From a virus: DNA of 36,110 nucleotides. Location: the IMG/VR virus record IMGVR_UViG_2681812966_000001, positions 1-36,110 of that record, one strand, 5' to 3'. The number at the start of each line of letters is the position of its first letter. Position 1 is the first letter of the stretch. The translations under genes and the position numbers were made by a program. Shown here piece after piece: positions 9,932 to 20,316 of the stretch. The notes below the pieces were generated by a model. That model worked only from the letters and a program-made list of their open reading frames with translations, was not told the DNA's origin and ran no database searches.

Positions 9932-10162
9932 GTCTTATTAATCCTCCTCTTGTTTTTTTTCTCATTTTTTTTATATTATGATAATATTCTCAATTTTATA
10001 AATTATTGAAAATATGAAAAATTAGCTTTATTTCTTATATATTAAATTAATTAAAAAAGTAAAATTTTTAGTACCTTGTTTATTTTAATTAAAAGTTCAA
10101 TTAATTAAAAAAGGTTTTCAATAAGCATCTTATAATTTAATTAACAGGAACTTTTAATATTT

Positions 10163-10354
10163 TTAATAAACTACAAGAGGCTTATTCTTACTTCTCCACT
10201 TACGAATCTCCAAATCAATAATCTTAAAAGCCAACACTTGAAAAGGGCTAAAATTATTATACTCAGATAATGAAACATTGAAGAACCCACGGTCAACAAG
10301 ACGAGTAATATAACCCAGTTCCCCATCTTCATAATCCAAGAAGCCCTCTAACCT
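10163..10354 (-). CDS. -1 frame extension of tail assembly chaperone (gpT-like, 63 aa), absent from ORF track
   Basis: Open -1 frame RLEGFLDYEDGELGYITRLVDRGFFNVSLSEYNNFSPFQVLAFKIIDLEIRKWRSKNKPLVVY*, starting at an A7 run; in-frame TAA immediately upstream, no ATG. Confidence 0.8.
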   Translation of the reverse strand, partial: RLEGFLDYEDGELGYITRLVDRGFFNVSLSEYNNFSPFQVLAFKIIDLEIRKWRSKNKPLVVY

Positions 10355-10731
10355 TTTTTTAACTTAGCTAACTGATTATCATCCAAACTAATCCCTGAAA
10401 CTTCAATACACTTCATAGAAAGTGCAAATGCCAAACCACCAGTAAACAACTTATTTATCTGCTCCCTTGTGAATGGTTTATTATCATGCTTATTAATCAC
10501 ACACTCCTTAATCATCAAAGTATGAAACTCAGCAGTTTCAAGTGCCTTAGTATTTCTACTGATATTTACAAAATGGTTCTGACTAATAGGTCTAATTCTT
10601 ACATGGAGTATAGCGTCCTTATATTCAACATCCACATCTTCATAGTATTCATTGTTAAGTATTTTTTGTTCTGTTTCAGCTATTAAATCTTCCAAATCCA
10701 TTTCTTTTTTCTTATTAGTAATAATAATCAC
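10348..10731 (-). CDS. Tail assembly chaperone (gpG-like)
   Basis: Between tube and TMP; VRIRPISQ..KPFTREQINKL pattern; ends at slippery sequence. Exact start uncertain. Confidence 0.8.
   Translation of the reverse strand: MIIITNKKKEMDLEDLIAETEQKILNNEYYEDVDVEYKDAILHVRIRPISQNHFVNISRNTKALETAEFHTLMIKECVINKHDNKPFTREQINKLFTGGLAFALSMKCIEVSGISLDDNQLAKLKKG
10354..10360 (-). promoter_or_regulatory. -1 ribosomal frameshift slippery site A AAA AAA
   Basis: Minus strand reads AAG TTA AAA AAA GGT TAG; X XXY YYZ heptamer just before the stop. Confidence 0.75.
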
Positions 10732-10814
10732 CTTTACTCAATCATTCAAAAAAAAAAATATTATTTATATTTTTTTTAGTGAAAAAAAATAAAGAATCTA
10801 AAAAAAAAGTTTTT

Positions 10815-11228
10815 CTAGACCCTCTGTGAACTACGATTTAAAACATTAACAGTACATTCTATCTTCTTACTAATACCATCAGTAGGACTCCACTCTTCCT
10901 CATCACTGGTAATAGTAACATGACTTCCTGTAATAACCCTTCTATAAGGATCACCATTCGCAGTATAACTTGTTCCTGTACAAGTAATAACTTTAATATT
11001 ATTACTATCTAATTTATTTTCTAGTAAAAGTGATTCATCTATATCTGTAGGCCAGTAAAGGTTTTCAATACTAATACTACCTCCAGTATTATTCGCTCCA
11101 ATAGTTACATCACCATTGAAAGTTGTTTTATTACTAGATTCCTTGTTTTTCTTACTTGAAACCTTAGTACCATACAAGATTAATACACCATCAAGGTTAA
11201 TTTCAACGTCAAAAATTTCTGCTCCCAT
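10815..11228 (-). CDS. Tail tube protein
   Basis: 137 aa, beta-rich, directly after sheath; start MGAEIFD at 11228 avoids overlap with sheath. Confidence 0.72.
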   Translation of the reverse strand: MGAEIFDVEINLDGVLILYGTKVSSKKNKESSNKTTFNGDVTIGANNTGGSISIENLYWPTDIDESLLLENKLDSNNIKVITCTGTSYTANGDPYRRVITGSHVTITSDEEEWSPTDGISKKIECTVNVLNRSSQRV

Positions 11229-11232
11229 CTTT

Positions 11233-12414
11233 TTAAGCCTCCTCAGTATAAGCTGTAATTTTGAAATTAGCATTTAATTTAATAACTCTAACGATTTCAG
11301 GAATATATATTTCCAGTTCTGTTTGAACAGTTTCAGCATCAATAGTAACTAGGTTGTAAATCATATCAGTGATATAATTATTTTTTATTGCAGTATTCTT
11401 CTCATACTCAAATAATCCTCTGATATAATCATGTGTTATTTTAACATTATCATCACCTAGAACATTTACAAGAGTTAATCTTTTAATCATATAATTAAAA
11501 ACTCTCTCGACTTTCATATCATACCCCATGGGAGTAATATTAGACAAGCATTGTATGGTTGATAATCTCCTATTACGATACTTTGTAGTGTGTAATCCGT
11601 TTTGTAATAAAGTGTCCCAGTTGATTGTTTCAGTTGTAGGGTATAAATCTTTACTGTTTTCTCCAATTAGTCCTTCATAAATTTTTGCTGTTTCTGACTT
11701 GTTTACTGCTCTTCCTGCTGTAAAAGCAGAATGCCAGCACCCAGATTGAGCCATGTTCAAACTAGCAGGTTCACCACTCAACCTAACAGGAGTAGTAACT
11801 GCCTTATAAATTCCTTTATCACTGAATAAGTTTTGGAATGCTTCAAGAATACTATTAGTACAATTACTAATATCAAAACCACTAATCACTCCGAACGGTT
11901 TCTGATTTAAAAATTGATTATTCACAAAACTCTTAATAGTTTGAAGAACAGGATTAAGGATGTAATTCCCTCCCTCTTCTACAGCAAGATTAATTGTTTC
12001 TGCAAAAGTTAATATATCAAAATCCTCTTCAGCTAAAAGCTGGAAAGCAGTACCAATGTCCTCATTAGTGGATGATTCTACAAGACTCTCTTTACCATAA
12101 TTAGTATTCACTAATACTACACTTTCAGCCCCATTTGCTTGTGGAGTACTATTGAAAATGTATTCAAGGCAGTAGAAACTAGTAAAAGTTTCAGGCACTA
12201 CTGTTTTACCTGCATTCTCAACACTATTATCATTAGGTAATTTATATTCTCCGAGTACTGCTTTTTGTGCTTCATCTAAACTAGTGAACAAGTCTAATTT
12301 AAAAGTATTACTTGGGAATGCTCCAACAAGTGCAACTTTACCAGCATTACCATAACCCGGACTAGTTATTGATTGTGTTTTATAAACTTCAACACGTGGT
12401 TCTATATTTACCAT
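11233..12414 (-). CDS. Tail sheath protein (compact)
   Basis: N-terminal PRVEV..GKVALVGAFP and C-terminal KVERVFNYMIKRL..ELEIYIPEIVRVIKL resemble sheath termini; position before tube. Confidence 0.78.
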   Translation of the reverse strand: MVNIEPRVEVYKTQSITSPGYGNAGKVALVGAFPSNTFKLDLFTSLDEAQKAVLGEYKLPNDNSVENAGKTVVPETFTSFYCLEYIFNSTPQANGAESVVLVNTNYGKESLVESSTNEDIGTAFQLLAEEDFDILTFAETINLAVEEGGNYILNPVLQTIKSFVNNQFLNQKPFGVISGFDISNCTNSILEAFQNLFSDKGIYKAVTTPVRLSGEPASLNMAQSGCWHSAFTAGRAVNKSETAKIYEGLIGENSKDLYPTTETINWDTLLQNGLHTTKYRNRRLSTIQCLSNITPMGYDMKVERVFNYMIKRLTLVNVLGDDNVKITHDYIRGLFEYEKNTAIKNNYITDMIYNLVTIDAETVQTELEIYIPEIVRVIKLNANFKITAYTEEA

Positions 12415-12417
12415 TTT

Positions 12418-12621
12418 TTAAAATCCTCCATAATGTTTATATACTTTCTCAAATTCTTTTTCATCATTAATCTCAACACTATTTTCATAAATATACTTTT
12501 TAAATCCTTCAACGAGGTAAGGGTTTACTTTTTCTTTTATATGTTTTTGGAGGTTGAAATCATGATTTACTTCTTTTTTGGATTCTTTTTTCTTTTTGGT
12601 CATAAAAAAATCATTCCTCAC
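12418..12621 (-). CDS. Small hypothetical protein in neck/tail operon
   Basis: Fills the gap between neck gene and sheath on the coding strand; start could be 12603. Confidence 0.6.
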   Translation of the reverse strand: MRNDFFMTKKKKESKKEVNHDFNLQKHIKEKVNPYLVEGFKKYIYENSVEINDEKEFEKVYKHYGGF

Positions 12622-12634
12622 TCTCTCTCATTTT

Positions 12635-13177
12635 CTAATTTTTTTTCTCTTTTAAATATAAATCCTCAGCAACAACATGAACATCAGCATCAATTAATAA
12701 TTTATTCACTAATTCAACATTAGCATCATGATCCTCATAACTTTCAAGAGTCTTCAACTCAACAAGCAAATGTCCCCTGTTAAAGAGGAAGTTACTATTA
12801 TATTCGGGGCTGATATTTTTGAATGATGGTCTTGCTCGGAGTATGTGTCTGTTTTCAGGAGATAATAATAATCTCCGGATTTCTTTCATCACTGTTTTAA
12901 TAATGAATTTAGTGTCACTATACTCTGTTTGTTTAACCTCTTTATTATCAACCTTCTTGGTTACTATAACTATTTCTACAAGGTCTTTTCCTTCTATATG
13001 ATGAAATCCTTTACTAGTGTCCTCGTAACTTACACAAGCAACAAAAATATTATTACTATTCTGTGCTAATCTTTTGTTAGGGTAACTTATTTTAAAATTA
13101 CTGAGTAAAGAATTACCATCTTTTTTTGCATCTAATAATATTTGTAATATTTTCTCATCTGTCTGTAACATTAGCAA
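12635..13177 (-). CDS. Putative tail terminator/completion protein
   Basis: Synteny (between gp10-like gene and sheath) and size; no decisive motif. Confidence 0.5.
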   Translation of the reverse strand: MLMLQTDEKILQILLDAKKDGNSLLSNFKISYPNKRLAQNSNNIFVACVSYEDTSKGFHHIEGKDLVEIVIVTKKVDNKEVKQTEYSDTKFIIKTVMKEIRRLLLSPENRHILRARPSFKNISPEYNSNFLFNRGHLLVELKTLESYEDHDANVELVNKLLIDADVHVVAEDLYLKEKKN

Positions 13178-13685
13178 TATTCCTCCATATTATATCTTCA
13201 GCTTCACCTAGTACTTGTTGGTATGCTAGTTCAACGAATGGTTTAGGAGATGTAGGACTGGAATATTTACTGAAAATTTCTACACCACTCAGGGTATAAT
13301 AATGTAAAAATTTCTTAGTAACTGGTACAACTGCTCCTCTACCTTTTTCAATAGTGAGAGGATAAAAATGTTCAATACTTGTTCCAACAAGATAACTTCT
13401 ATCACCAGTCTCCTCAACATTTATACTATTAAGTAAAGCTCCACGGGCAATACTACCATTTAAACCAATGGTTAATTCTTGTAATGATTTAGTACGTTCT
13501 GCTAATTCTTTTGCTCCTTTACTACTACCATCCTCAATACCTTTTTTAAGGTCGGTGAATATTTCAGTAGCAGGAGCAAAAACTTCAGACAAATCACTAC
13601 TATTAATTAAATCAATTAATTGGTCTAAGTCACTAGTATCAACATTTACATTAATCTCTGTATCTAGTTCAGGCCATGCTCCCAT
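13155..13685 (-). CDS. HK97 gp10-like neck/tail completion protein
   Basis: RGALLNSI, YPLTIEKGRG and SPKPFVELAY match gp10-like TG.L..SI / E.G / PRPFL.PA motifs. Confidence 0.75.
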   Translation of the reverse strand: MGAWPELDTEINVNVDTSDLDQLIDLINSSDLSEVFAPATEIFTDLKKGIEDGSSKGAKELAERTKSLQELTIGLNGSIARGALLNSINVEETGDRSYLVGTSIEHFYPLTIEKGRGAVVPVTKKFLHYYTLSGVEIFSKYSSPTSPKPFVELAYQQVLGEAEDIIWRNIANVTDR

Positions 13686-13726
13686 AAGAAAAAATCCTCC
13701 CTTTTATCCCTTATCTTTTCATTTTT

Positions 13727-14140
13727 TTACCATGTACTAAATTGGATATTTTTAAAAGGATTTAATAATTGCTTAGCACTAATAATCAAACTATCACCAT
13801 AACCAATAGTAACTGACTCATCAATATTATCATTAATCCTTATATCATATTTCCTCCAGATTAAACCACTACACCATAAAGATACGGCTTCTTGGAATTG
13901 TTGATTCATACGAGTAATAGTCTCACCATTCTCATATATTTCTTCGGTTGGATAATCAATAAGGTAACAATACCCTAAACTTTCTAGTAATGCTTGGTGA
14001 TAAAAAAGTTCTAATTCCTCAATGGTTATGGCATTATCATAATCCATATCCTCAAGTAAAGGGTCATCATGGTTGGTTACTATGATGTAGCCTTGCAATC
14101 TGTTAATAATATTCTTTTGTTCTTGTTCTGTAAGACTCAT
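13727..14140 (-). CDS. Putative head-tail adaptor
   Basis: Helical 137-aa protein immediately after MCP; synteny. Confidence 0.6.
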   Translation of the reverse strand: MSLTEQEQKNIINRLQGYIIVTNHDDPLLEDMDYDNAITIEELELFYHQALLESLGYCYLIDYPTEEIYENGETITRMNQQFQEAVSLWCSGLIWRKYDIRINDNIDESVTIGYGDSLIISAKQLLNPFKNIQFSTW

Positions 14141-14234
14141 AGAAAAAAATAACCTCCTCCAAAAAAAACAATAATCTAAAATATGAAGAAAAAAGAAAAA
14201 TAATGAGATGGTTAAAAAATTATTAAATAATTTT

Positions 14235-15368
14235 TTATGGAGTTACATTAACAACAATAGGCTCATTATCCTTCTTAAACACAGTATTAGCTTCAGTAGC
14301 AGTAGGAGCGAAAGGAATAGCAAGAGTGTCTTGGTCCCAATGGATTTTCACATCCCCTTTAACACGACCAGCAACTTTCCAACCCCAAACATCAATGTCA
14401 TACTGGTTGGCAGTTTCAATATGCTTCATCATACCAAACACGGTATTAGCAGGTCTACCAATAAAACCATATTTCATATCAGTAGTATTAGTCCCATTAC
14501 CTTTATATTCACCATTAGTGAATTTCATAGTATCATAACCATTACGGGTTTGTCTAAGAATATTATCAGATTTTATCTCAACACCCATAATAGTAGTCAT
14601 TTTACCCTTCTGAATTACAAGGTCTCCAAGATCACTATTTCTATCACGAGCAATAGCACCCATCAATCTACTGTAAATTGTTGGTGGTAAAACCATTGTA
14701 GCATTATTAAGGTCCCCATCCTGGTCGATGTAAGTGTAAACTGCATTAAGGATACCATCAATCAAGGTTTCATGAGTGATAAGTTTAGCTAAACCTTCAG
14801 TATCCGTATTAGTATCACTTGCTATTTCCTTACACTGAGCAAGTAAACCATTACTTAATCCATAACCAGTTCCTTCACCACTTACAGTTGACACTGATTG
14901 ATCCGCATAAACACCCCATAATTCAAAAGCAGGACCCATTGCCTCACCAAGTCTTCCAAGATACTTATCAAGGAATCCTTCTTTTTCAATGTTTTCTTCA
15001 AGGAAATTATCACCAATAATAGTTTTACATTGTAATGGTACAGCTCTAAGTTTTTGCCTGTTCCTTTTTGGTACAGTTTCATTAGCAGTAAGATTAGTTG
15101 ACTCACCTAACACTCCACCACTAATGGTTCTCTGTGCGTCAAGTTCTACCTTAATTTCAAGGTCATCTATATCATGTTCTAACGCAGTCATTGGGAAAAC
15201 GGTGGACTGTTCAAGGAGTACTGGTGTGTCTACAAGTCTCATGAAGAAATCATCATAGGTTGGTTCTGCCCAACCCGGATTTAATACTCCGCTCCCAGTG
15301 AATGGTGCGTCACTAAATTTCATTAATACGTTTTCTCTGTTTCTAAATTGTTCTGCAATAGTTGGCAT
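14235..15368 (-). CDS. Major capsid protein (HK97 fold)
   Basis: GSGVLNP, IIGDNFLEEN, LGEAMGPAFE..GVYAD, MVLPPTIY, TIMGVEIKSD and FIGRPAN follow the HK97 MCP pattern. Confidence 0.9.
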   Translation of the reverse strand: MPTIAEQFRNRENVLMKFSDAPFTGSGVLNPGWAEPTYDDFFMRLVDTPVLLEQSTVFPMTALEHDIDDLEIKVELDAQRTISGGVLGESTNLTANETVPKRNRQKLRAVPLQCKTIIGDNFLEENIEKEGFLDKYLGRLGEAMGPAFELWGVYADQSVSTVSGEGTGYGLSNGLLAQCKEIASDTNTDTEGLAKLITHETLIDGILNAVYTYIDQDGDLNNATMVLPPTIYSRLMGAIARDRNSDLGDLVIQKGKMTTIMGVEIKSDNILRQTRNGYDTMKFTNGEYKGNGTNTTDMKYGFIGRPANTVFGMMKHIETANQYDIDVWGWKVAGRVKGDVKIHWDQDTLAIPFAPTATEANTVFKKDNEPIVVNVTP

Positions 15369-15407
15369 ATTAATCCAAATCCTCTTAATATTATCATATC
15401 ATTTTTT

Positions 15408-16442
15408 TTATAAGTATTTCTTGTTTCTTCCAAACTCATCCCTTGTTTCGCTATCAAGGAATGTTTTATTAGGTTTAACATGATGTTCTTGTTTCATTTC
15501 ATCTATTTTTTGACTTGATTTTTTTAACTTAAATTGTTTACCATGATTTTTTGAACCTTTTTCAAGTTCTTTATCATCTACTTCTCCTGCTTCTTTGTCT
15601 TCAGGAGTTGCTTCTTTCTGAAGCCCCTCCTCTTGTTTTGCATTATCTTCTTTATTTGCAAATTCAGATAAAGCAGTAATTACAGCTTCAGCAACTAATG
15701 ATGGTAAAGTTTCAAGTAATTCTTTATTACTAATATCATCATCAGCCACAGGCTCTTCCTTGTTAAGTTCAACATCATCCACTTCTTCTTTATTATCATC
15801 ACTATCAGTAGGGTCAGATTCTTTATTTAATCTAAAAAGTTTCTGAATCTTCTCTAATGAACTGATAGAAATCTTTTCATCATCTAATTTATTATCTTCT
15901 GTCATAATATCACCAGCAATATCATCAACTAGCAAACTACTTTTGTTTAAGAATTGATTATAATCCAAGACCTCCCAAAGGAAACCGTTAGATGGTTTTT
16001 TAACAAAACTGATAAAGAAAGGATTAAGCTCATCATAATCTTTTAGGTTTTTATACATTAATGATTTGTTAAGGAAGTCTTGGTTTTCATTCAATCCTTT
16101 ATCACCAATTGCTCCAAGTGAATAAGCATTTAACTTTCCTTCACTTATCATTGCCTTGATACTAGGGTTCAGTACCATATGACTGGCTACCCATGAACCA
16201 CTAGGTACAGTTTGCCCGTTTATCTGGGTTTCTGTTGTGGTTATTGTATTTTCTAATTGATGAATATTAAAAGATTTAATATAACTGTGTTGAACATCTG
16301 TTTGATGTTCTAAGTAATTTGTGAATATTTTTTTTATTCCTTCCTTGTCTGGAGCTGTATCGCCTTGGTCGTCTTTCATACCTGCAGCTATTACTACTCC
16401 TCTTACATATATTGCTTCTTGTTTTTCAGGGATTACACTCAT
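15408..16442 (-). CDS. Prohead protease (XkdF-like) with acidic scaffold-like C-terminus
   Basis: VRGVVI..DDQGD, TDVQH and GSWV..ISEGKLNAYSLG match XkdF-type proteases; D/E/K-rich tail. Confidence 0.85.
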   Translation of the reverse strand: MSVIPEKQEAIYVRGVVIAAGMKDDQGDTAPDKEGIKKIFTNYLEHQTDVQHSYIKSFNIHQLENTITTTETQINGQTVPSGSWVASHMVLNPSIKAMISEGKLNAYSLGAIGDKGLNENQDFLNKSLMYKNLKDYDELNPFFISFVKKPSNGFLWEVLDYNQFLNKSSLLVDDIAGDIMTEDNKLDDEKISISSLEKIQKLFRLNKESDPTDSDDNKEEVDDVELNKEEPVADDDISNKELLETLPSLVAEAVITALSEFANKEDNAKQEEGLQKEATPEDKEAGEVDDKELEKGSKNHGKQFKLKKSSQKIDEMKQEHHVKPNKTFLDSETRDEFGRNKKYL

Positions 16443-16488
16443 TAATATTACTCCTCAAACTTTATTCTATTTTTTTATTTTAAACAAA

Positions 16489-17361
16489 TCATGGTGGGTT
16501 GTTATGATACTCAATATCACAATAACAAATACCAGCATTACTAAAACTAGCATTTGGGTCAAGAGGGTATCTCATCATATCAACTTCTCCAGTAGCATCA
16601 TTAACAATCTCAAACAAATCATCAAAGGCTACAGTTTGCCCATCATTACTTCTATGCCTAGTAGTTTTACCACTACCAGTCCAAACCCAAGTCTTCCAAG
16701 CATACTTCAACTCACCATTTTCTTGTAAAGACTTTTCATTCTCAGCCTCCTTCAACCCCACCTTACTTTGTACTTCTGATTGCCTGTACAAAGACTCAGT
16801 AAGAGGAGATATTTCATTATAACCAAAAACATGGGGTTGGATATTTATTCCACTACTACGCATATAATTAATATTCTTTATAGACTCAGTAATGATACCT
16901 TTACGACTAGCATGTTGTGGATATTTTTTTATTAATTCTTTATATTTATCCACTTTTACTTCGTACTTGGTTACTACATCATCAATAGCCTTGATATTCT
17001 TATTAATTCGTTCTAATTGAGCAGTAGTTATGCTTAATGCTTTCTTATCAGCCTGATTCCTTAATATTATCTTGTCAAGAGTATTAGTATCCACATAACG
17101 ACTATTAATTATCCTTGAATAATCCTTATATACCTGTGCACTATTTAATTGTAATAAATTGTTAGTTAGAATAGTTTGTTGTTCAAAACTTAAACCGTAT
17201 TCATCATTATGATTTAATATGTAATCATCAATGAAACTATTAACATAAACAGCTACTCTACGAGTTGCTTTCAAGTTTCTACGTTTGCTTTTTGCTTTTT
17301 TCATTAAGTAGAACTTTTTTTTAATCAAAGGTATTTCACGGTAGAACATAAAAAGATTCAA
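16489..17361 (-). CDS. Minor head protein (Mu gpF/SPP1 gp7-like)
   Basis: KTWVW..TRHRSNDGQTVAFDDLF..MRYPLDP..ICYC. Confidence 0.85.
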   Translation of the reverse strand: MNLFMFYREIPLIKKKFYLMKKAKSKRRNLKATRRVAVYVNSFIDDYILNHNDEYGLSFEQQTILTNNLLQLNSAQVYKDYSRIINSRYVDTNTLDKIILRNQADKKALSITTAQLERINKNIKAIDDVVTKYEVKVDKYKELIKKYPQHASRKGIITESIKNINYMRSSGINIQPHVFGYNEISPLTESLYRQSEVQSKVGLKEAENEKSLQENGELKYAWKTWVWTGSGKTTRHRSNDGQTVAFDDLFEIVNDATGEVDMMRYPLDPNASFSNAGICYCDIEYHNNPP

Positions 17362-17399
17362 TCCTCAAAAAAGATATAAATAGCTTTATTTATTTTTTT

Positions 17400-18779
17400 T
17401 TATAAATTTTTAAACATATCCAGTATTAGTTCAGCCTCTCCTACATCTGAACTAGTTACACCATCATTAAAACCTAAAAGGTTACCATTATAATAACGCT
17501 CATTCAATAAAGGGTTATCCATACTAATATTTTCATCAATACGTAGTTCAGGGTAAAACCCGGATATTTTCACTATTGCCTGACCAAGTGTAAGTAACCC
17601 AGTATTAAACAAGTCTTTCACAGTTGTTAGTTCGATTTGACGTTTATCACTAAAAATAGGTATTTGCATATCCACTTCCAAGTTTAGGTGGAAGAAAATA
17701 TTATTAAACTCTTGGATAATAAGTTCATTAGGGAATTGTTCATAATTCAAACTAATAGCATAAATCTGCCAGATAGTATCTGATTTATTACTATTCATAG
17801 ATTCAGTAACATCATCAATCATCAAACGTACCTTAGGGATATTATAATTACTCATTAGTACTTCATCAGCAGTTTTACTAAAATTCTCTAAGTACTGCCA
17901 GTTATCATTACTAATTTTTATAAATTCAAAGTTTAATGGGAAATCCTTGTTAGGTGTTTCAAGGTAGGAAACCATAACACCAGTACCCGTGCTTCTCATT
18001 TGCTCACGTATTTGTTGTTCAACTGTTTTACCAGTTTCACGATTAGGTCTTTGAGGAGGACCTGTAATGTTAAGCACTCCTTCAATATTATTACCATTAT
18101 CTATTTGTTGAGCATTCAATATATTCAGGTTAATCTTACCAAGTACTATGTCACTGTCAGGGTACCATGCTGGTATATCATAGAACCTGTGAGTAGTGCC
18201 TCCACCAAGCCATAAAACAATATTATACTCCTCATCAGACTCATCATAATTATCCAATAAGTTATATAATCTGAATTTCTTAATAGGTTCACCAAGATTC
18301 ATTTGAACAGCATAATACTTAGAATTATCATAACTCTCCTCCTTCTTAATCACCATAGTCTTAGCTGGGACTTGTGTCAAACCAACACAAGTTCCATCAT
18401 CATTGAAACTTAATTCACAAACACCGAAACCGTATTGGTATCTTTCAATAACAGATAAGTATAAGTTGTATTTGTTCCTTTTATCCCAAAACTTTAACAG
18501 GGTGTCTTCATGAATATTGTCTCCATTATTATTTTTGAATTGATATTCTTGGAGGATAGTGTCTTGTGCTAATATTTCAGTACAATTCTTTAACCGCCCA
18601 TTGTTCTTAAGAATATAATCAGTGATTACTTGGCTTACTGGAGGATAAATATAACCATGACTATTTTCATCCATCTTCTTACTTTTAACATTTAATTCCT
18701 TAGCTTCCTCTTTTTCAATGAAACTTTTTATCAAACTATAATTAGGATTTACTTGGTTTTGGATTTTCATAATAATCAT
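17400..18779 (-). CDS. Portal protein
   Basis: Follows TerL; YQYGFGVCE, YDIPAW, LMSNYNIPKVRL, LLTLGQA fit HK97/PBSX-like portal motifs. Confidence 0.88.
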   Translation of the reverse strand: MIIMKIQNQVNPNYSLIKSFIEKEEAKELNVKSKKMDENSHGYIYPPVSQVITDYILKNNGRLKNCTEILAQDTILQEYQFKNNNGDNIHEDTLLKFWDKRNKYNLYLSVIERYQYGFGVCELSFNDDGTCVGLTQVPAKTMVIKKEESYDNSKYYAVQMNLGEPIKKFRLYNLLDNYDESDEEYNIVLWLGGGTTHRFYDIPAWYPDSDIVLGKINLNILNAQQIDNGNNIEGVLNITGPPQRPNRETGKTVEQQIREQMRSTGTGVMVSYLETPNKDFPLNFEFIKISNDNWQYLENFSKTADEVLMSNYNIPKVRLMIDDVTESMNSNKSDTIWQIYAISLNYEQFPNELIIQEFNNIFFHLNLEVDMQIPIFSDKRQIELTTVKDLFNTGLLTLGQAIVKISGFYPELRIDENISMDNPLLNERYYNGNLLGFNDGVTSSDVGEAELILDMFKNL

Positions 18780-18915
18780 ATTCTCTATTTTTAGTTAATT
18801 ATTCAATTTTTTAATATTAGTATTGTTGGTTTGTAAAATTGATTTTTTAAATTAATAGGGTTTTAATTTTTAGTGTTCAAGTTTCACTTTTGTTTTTTAT
18901 TATTTTGTTCAAAAT

Positions 18916-20316
18916 TTATTTTGGTACAACATAAGAACTTTCTAACTCTTTAATGATAAGATAAGCATAAACAACAGCATCTAATTCATCAGGACTTTTA
19001 AGGTTTGCCATCTCCTCTGGAGAAGGACTAATATAAATAAACTGGTCAAATAACCTTTGTAAACAATCATCATCAATATCATCACTAATTAATAATTCAC
19101 CATTCTTAATAGCTCGGGCTACTGGTCTGGCACGATTAAACTTACTCTTGGAACCAGTACCGATATCATCAACAATTACACCATCAGGGAAAGTTAAATC
19201 ATATAATTCATCCTGCCAATATCTTAAACTATACAAACTATCCCCTCCAGGTTCACGTTCAAATTTAATAACATTTGTATAATAATCCTGTATTTGTTTT
19301 TCTATAAAATTATAAACTGTTTCTTCAGGATAAGCGGACTCATCACCAGTTAAACCCACTAACATTTTCTTACCATTCTCTAATAAAACCATACTAGCCG
19401 GACAGGTACGGTCCCTACCCCTACCAGCTAAGTCAATACCAATACCATTAAACATTACCTTATAATTATCAACATAACTAGGAGGAGTTAATGATTTTTC
19501 TAATTCTTTGAATGTAATTAAATCACCACTTGTAGGCTTATAATGCCAATTACCATATTTCTGGTATTGTTGGTCTACATAATCCAATTCATCTAAGGAA
19601 ACAGAATATTTATGTTTATTGATAAAGGGGTTATCCCTCCAATCCATAGCAATATAAGGAGAACTACCATCAACAAATTTACTTATAAGGTAATCTGTTG
19701 ATTCCCCCCCTGGATTTGATAGGTTAATAATACTTAATGGTATCGCACTAGTATTCCTAAGACTACGGTATTGGAATTTTAAAACTTGTACAGGTAATTC
19801 ACTAGCCTCATCATTCACTATCCTATCATAACTGGCAGATTTAAGCTTTTGCTTTTTTTTCTCATGGTCAAAGGCTTTAAAATAAATAGTATTACCATTC
19901 GGAGCAATAATCTTAGGAGAAGGGCTTAATTTATAATCACATACATAATCTTTACCTAATGTTTCCTCATCACAACACCAACTAATAAGATTCTCCCAAA
20001 TGCTATTAGTATCAAGGAGTTCAGCATAATTACGACGGGTAACGAGACAAGTATAATCATCATCATAAGGTAAATATTGAGCAGCTAACATACTACCCAC
20101 ACTAGTTTTACCCCCAAAACCCCCTGCACCACCTAAAACTTGATTAAAAGTATCACTATTATCATTAGCATATAATACTACTAATTTTTGAAGGTTATAA
20201 GGTTTAAAAGGAATATAATGGTTTTTATAAAGAGGGTCATTTGTGAATATTGTCCTATTACATAACTTCTTAACCTCATCATCAAAACATTTAAGGTTAT
20301 CTTTTGTGATTCTCAT
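18916..20316 (-). CDS. terL: Terminase large subunit
   Basis: Walker A-like GGAGGFGGKT, Walker B VNDEAS, LSNPGG, nuclease GIDLAG..D and PDELDA. Confidence 0.95.
   Translation of the reverse strand: MRITKDNLKCFDDEVKKLCNRTIFTNDPLYKNHYIPFKPYNLQKLVVLYANDNSDTFNQVLGGAGGFGGKTSVGSMLAAQYLPYDDDYTCLVTRRNYAELLDTNSIWENLISWCCDEETLGKDYVCDYKLSPSPKIIAPNGNTIYFKAFDHEKKKQKLKSASYDRIVNDEASELPVQVLKFQYRSLRNTSAIPLSIINLSNPGGESTDYLISKFVDGSSPYIAMDWRDNPFINKHKYSVSLDELDYVDQQYQKYGNWHYKPTSGDLITFKELEKSLTPPSYVDNYKVMFNGIGIDLAGRGRDRTCPASMVLLENGKKMLVGLTGDESAYPEETVYNFIEKQIQDYYTNVIKFEREPGGDSLYSLRYWQDELYDLTFPDGVIVDDIGTGSKSKFNRARPVARAIKNGELLISDDIDDDCLQRLFDQFIYISPSPEEMANLKSPDELDAVVYAYLIIKELESSYVVPK

Noticed and set aside
18916-20316. 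Intein or intron in the terminase (or MCP)
   Set aside because: Normal lengths, and no Hint-domain or LAGLIDADG motifs visible.
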